A DNA stretch of 39,475 nucleotides from Octopus bimaculoides (lineage: Eukaryota). How positions within the stretch are numbered: the first letter of the stretch is position 1; each line of letters opens with the position of its first letter. Shown here in pieces: positions 35,098 through 39,475 of this stretch. The notes below the pieces were generated by a model. It saw only the letters and a list, made by a program, of their open reading frames with translations, was not told the origin of the DNA and ran no database searches. A program made the translations under genes and the position numbers. The stretch spans positions 160,502,156 to 160,541,630 of the forward strand of contig NC_068983.1 of NCBI RefSeq assembly GCF_001194135.2. The letters run 5' to 3'.

Positions 35098-35597
35098 GTG
35101 GAGACACATTGTCAAGTGGTTAGAGCAGTGGACTCGCGGTTGAGGGATTGTGGATTCAAATCTCAGACCGGGAGATGTGTGTGTTTATGAGCAAAACACC
35201 AGAGCTCCACGCAGCTCCAGCAGAAAGTAATGGCGAACTTCTGATGACTCTTTCACCACAACTTTCTCTCACTCTTTCCTCCTGCATCTAGCAGCTCACC
35301 TGTGATGGACTGGTGTCCCATCCAAATGGGGAACTTATATGCCAATGAAACCAGGAAACTGGCCCTTATGAGCCAGGCATGGCTAACAACAGTTGCTTGA
35401 CCTGTTAGAAATAGTAGCCAAATATCACACAATCTCATCCCATGTGATGCATTTGTGATACAGAAAGTGCACATAAAATAATACAATCCTTGGTTCCCTG
35501 CACATAATAAAACGACAGGAGAGTTATAGATGGACTGCCTTTCATCAAACTTCTTCACAATCAGAGCTGATCTAAGGTTAACAACAACAATAACAAC
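35098..35597 (+). mobile_element. Full-length tRNA-derived SINE with (AAC)n tail
   Basis: A-box-like gtcaagtggttagagc, B-box-like ggattcaaatctc, core cctgtgatggactggtgtcccatcca, tail aacaacaacaataacaac. Confidence 0.75.
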
Positions 35598-36029
35598 CTA
35601 CTTATAGACACATTGCTTATTTATGCTCCATCATCTATCTCTACTATAACAGTTTCTGCTCCTCCAAACTTGCTAACTTCATGCCTCTTCCAATTAAAGC
35701 ACCAGCACTACCCCCTCTTCCCTCATTAACAGCTACTCTATTTTCCAAGATTTTGGACTACATTTTGATTGATTAAATCTCTTTATAATAGTTCCAGGTA
35801 CAGTCCACTGCATGGTAACTTGAGTATGTATCTTCTGCTAGAGTACAAAGCCTTTCAAGTGGATTTGGTAGATGAAAACTGAAAGAAGCCCAACATATGT
35901 GTCTATGTATGTGTGTGCATGTGTGTTTGTGTGTGTCAGTATGTGATGTGTGTCTTATTGCCTCCTAGCTTTGACATCACATGACAGTTGTAAACAAATA
36001 TCACCTTCAAACAAACAGGCTCCTACATT

Positions 36030-36602
36030 TTCAGTTGAACAAATCAACCCCAGGACTTATTCATTGCAAGCCTAGTACTCATTCCATTGATCTCTTTTAC
36101 CAAACCACTAAGTTACAGGGATGTAAACACTTCAACATCAGTTGTCAAGCAATGGTGGGGGAACAAACACAGACACACACATACAAATGCATCACATAAA
36201 AGACACCATTTCGAGCGTGGCCGTTTTCGTGCGGGTGACACGTAAAAGCACCCACTACACTCTCTGAGTGGTTGGCGTTAGGAAGGGCATCCAGCTGTAG
36301 AAACTCTGCCAAATCAGACTGGAGCCTGGTGTTGCCATCCGGTTTCACCAGTCCTCAGTCAAATCGTCCAACCCATGCTAGCATGGAAAGCGGACGTTAA
36401 ACGATGATGATGATGATGATGATATATATATATATATATGATGGGCTTCTTTAAGTTCCCATCTACCAAATCCATTCACAAGGCTTTGGTCGGTCTGAGG
36501 CTATAGTTGAAGATGCTTGCCCAAGGGGTCATGCAGTGGGACTGAACCCAGAGCCATGTGGCTGGGAAGCAAGTTTCTTACCACATGGCCATGTCTGTGC
36601 CT
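36030..36602 (-). mobile_element. tRNA-derived SINE interrupted at its central microsatellite
   Basis: 5' half at 36436-36602 and 3' half at 36030-36190. Confidence 0.75.
36193..36423 (+). mobile_element. Young RTE-tail element nested in a SINE
   Basis: ...ttggcgttaggaagggcatccagctg...ccatgctagcatggaaagcggacgttaaac followed by (GAT)n. Confidence 0.9.
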
Positions 36603-36662
36603 ATATATATATGTTAACCCTGGGAATGGATATGCAAGTATACTATGTACATAGGATACAAG

Positions 36663-36708
<46 letters not shown>

Positions 36709-37206
36709 AACAAAATTAAGGGATCAGCAACAGGTTGCTTCACCATCTATATATATATAGATAGGTACCAGTAAAATAATAAGATAATTTCAAATCCTGG
36801 ATTTCTGGCTTTGCATAAATGCTCTGCCTTCATCAGTGAAATATACTCAAGTACATAAATACAAATACATGTATATAAACAGTATACTTACATATACGGA
36901 TGTATACATACATATATATGTACGTATGTACACGACTAGCTTAAATAGCCCGCCTAAACAACTTCTCGTGCGATCCCGGACAGGATATCAGCGCAGTAAA
37001 TACACTGACAAATCGTGCCTTGCGGACATTTATTGTGGTTTTGGAGTCAGGATTTGACTGCTATTTTTTCAGCGTGGTGGTATCTCTTGATACCCTGTAT
37101 TATAATTTTAAATAATTATTACCTTTGATGGTTTTTATTCCCATGCTGACCACTTGATAAGATCAATATTTTAAATACCGATCTTATCCTTATTTATATA
37201 AATATA

Positions 37207-37216
37207 TATAGATAGG

Positions 37217-37296
<80 letters not shown>

Positions 37297-37345
37297 CAGA
37301 CATACAGACAGATAGATACATAGATAGATAGATAGATATAGATAT
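37207..37345. repeat. (TAGA)n microsatellite
   Basis: Direct reading. Confidence 0.95.
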
Positions 37346-37454
37346 ATATATTATGAGTTGTAAGGAAAATATAAGACTAAATGAATATACGCCATCTATG
37401 TTCAAGTTACGTCTTTTTATAAAAGACTACTCATATTTTCTTATTACTCATATG

Positions 37455-38713
37455 CTAGATTGTTTCACATGAAATGTCACATTTTTAATTACTTGTTATT
37501 TTAGTCATTTAAAAACTCAATTATGTATGCCTTGCATTTAATCTTGACTCTTTTTCCTTTCCCTGTAATATTGGTTTACAAAATTCGTACCCACAGACCT
37601 TATGAAAATGATAACAACCAAACTATGTTGAGTGACTTTCTCATATGATTACAAAAAGGGTCACTCTGCCACAGAAGCTCTATGGAATATCAAACAGGCC
37701 TTTGGTAATGGCTTTGTTAACCTTAGAACTGTTCAGAGATGGTTCCAAAGTGCTCATTCAGGAGATGATAGCCTTGAAGATAAGCCAAGGAATAAGCCAA
37801 AATCAGTTATTCGGCATGGTGGATTAAATGCTTTGGTTGAACAAAATACGAGAACAAAGGTTCGAAAACTTTCATCAGAACTCCAAACATCTCGCACAAC
37901 TGTTTTTGGACACCTGCAAAAAATTGGAAAAGTCAAGAAAACAGATAGATTTGTTCCACATCAACTGAACAAGATTCAAAAAACGAGAGGCCTTGAAGTG
38001 TGTACCTTATTGCTTTCTTGACTAGAAAAAGACTATTTTTGCATCAAATCATTACTTGTAATGAGAAATGGATACTCTTTGACAGCAGGAGAACAGGACA
38101 GTGATTACATGCAAGAAAGTCACCTAAACACTACCCGAACCCACCACTGCACCCTAAAAAGTTAGTGGTCACTGTATGGTGGTCTGCAAATGGAGTTATT
38201 CATTATTCGTTTTTGCAACAAGGAAAAACATCAACAGTAACGTCGTATTGCTAGGAAATGGATTGTATGCATAAGAATTTGGAAAAGAAGCAACCCAGAC
38301 TAGTGAATAGAGAAGTCCCAATTTTACTCCATGACAATGCACATCCTCACAATTCTCACACTCCTCAAGCTACGATCCAAAAGTTGCAAAGCCTGGATTA
38401 TGAGATTTTGCAACATCCTCCCTATTCCCTTGATGTCTCTCCTACTGATCATCACTTATTTAAGCATTTTGAGCTTTTCATAAGCAATAAAACATTCTGA
38501 AATAGAGAAGAGGTAATTGAAGCATTCAGACAGTTTATCACAGCGAAAGATGATTTTTTTTTTCAAAGATGGAATATATGATATAGAAAAACGTTGGATA
38601 AACGTCGTAAATGAATATGAATCACACTTTGATTAAATAAATCAGTTCTCTAACACTTCTGAAACATTTTATTGTTACCTTTCAAATATGACATTTCATG
38701 CGAAACAGCTTAA
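37455..38713 (+). mobile_element. Full-length (1259 bp) decayed mariner element
   Basis: TIRs of about 30 bp: ctagattgtttcacatgaaatgtcacattt (left) versus ttaagctgtttcgcatgaaatgtcatattt (right, reverse complement), differing only by transitions; TA follows at 38714. Confidence 0.9.
37602..38636 (+). pseudogene. Mariner transposase (Hsmar1/SETMAR-transposase-like), disrupted
   Basis: HTH region RTVQRWF; FVPHQL (WVPHEL-like); IITCNEKW (first D changed to N); LLHDNAHPH; HPPYSLDVSPTDHHLF. Several stops, with frameshifts near 38040 and 38560. Confidence 0.9.
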
Positions 38714-38850
38714 TATAGATTTTACTATATTATATTTTATATATGACATGGCATTTCATATGGCATTTTCATAGCTTGTAAGACCTATTTGTATATGTGT
38801 GTGGAACACATCATTATCATCATCATTATATACATACATATGTGTGTGTT

Positions 38851-38894
<44 letters not shown>

Positions 38895-38908
38895 TGTATG
38901 GGTATGCA

Positions 38909-38947
<39 letters not shown>

Positions 38948-38948
<1 letters not shown>

Positions 38949-39370
38949 CAAGCATGGCTGTGTAGTAAGAAGCTTGCTTCCTAACCACATGGTTCTGGGT
39001 TCACTTCCACTGTGTGGCAACTTGGGAAAGTGTCTTTTACTTATAGCCTCTGGTCAACCAAAACCTTGTGAGTAGATTTGGGAGATGGAAACTGAAAGAA
39101 GCCCGTCATGTGTGTGTGTGTGTGCGTGCACGTGTGTGTATGCATGTGTGTGTGTCTTTATGTCTGTCTGTCCTCCACCACTGCTTGACAACCACTGTTG
39201 GTGAGTTTACATCTCTATAACATAGCAGTTTACCAAAAGAGATTGATAGAATAAGTACTAGGCTTTAAAAAAGTCCTGGAGTCAATTTAACTAAAGCCCT
39301 TTAAGGCAGTATTCCATCATGGCCACAATCAAATGATTGAAACAAGTAAAATAAAACAAAGATAAGAATA
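38948..39370 (+). mobile_element. Full-length tRNA-derived SINE with a central (TG)n
   Basis: gcatggctgtgtagtaagaagcttgcttcctaaccacatggttctgggttc...gaaactgaaagaagcccgtc...aaatgattgaaacaagtaaaa. Confidence 0.85.
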
Positions 39371-39475
39371 ATATATATAAATATATATTAAAATATACAT
39401 AAATATATATAAATATATATTAAAATATATATGAATATATATTAAATATATATAATATATATATATATATATATA

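Noticed and set aside
38948-39010. tRNA-like A/B boxes as true tRNA genes (also 300-380, 7690-7780, 35098-35170)
   Set aside because: No cloverleaf; each continues into SINE body sequence.

Overview
AT-rich eukaryotic DNA, dense in microsatellites and transposons, with three assembly gaps. The SINE/RTE repeat families and the (TA)n/(CA)n/(CAT)n load resemble an octopus (coleoid cephalopod) genome; this is recognition from memory, not a database result. No complete, identifiable host gene is present. Almost every ORF in the supplied track is a microsatellite artefact, a gap read-through or a transposon relic. Supported content: several tRNA-derived SINE families (three copies with clear TSDs); three 5'-truncated RTE-clade LINE fragments plus many RTE-type 3' tails; at least four Penelope-like element (PLE) relics carrying RT and/or GIY-YIG sequence; a full-length decayed mariner with TIRs; a maT/DD37D-like transposase relic; and a mariner MITE. 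A few plus-strand candidate exons suggest the window lies mostly in introns of an unidentified gene. The most notable signals are five decayed hammerhead-ribozyme-like motifs, four at PLE ends (two in inverted arrangements) and one solo, and a 150-nt G:U-rich hairpin at 32918-33067. I found no evidence for a wholly new biological system; the PLE-hammerhead link is known biology seen here in unusual variants.
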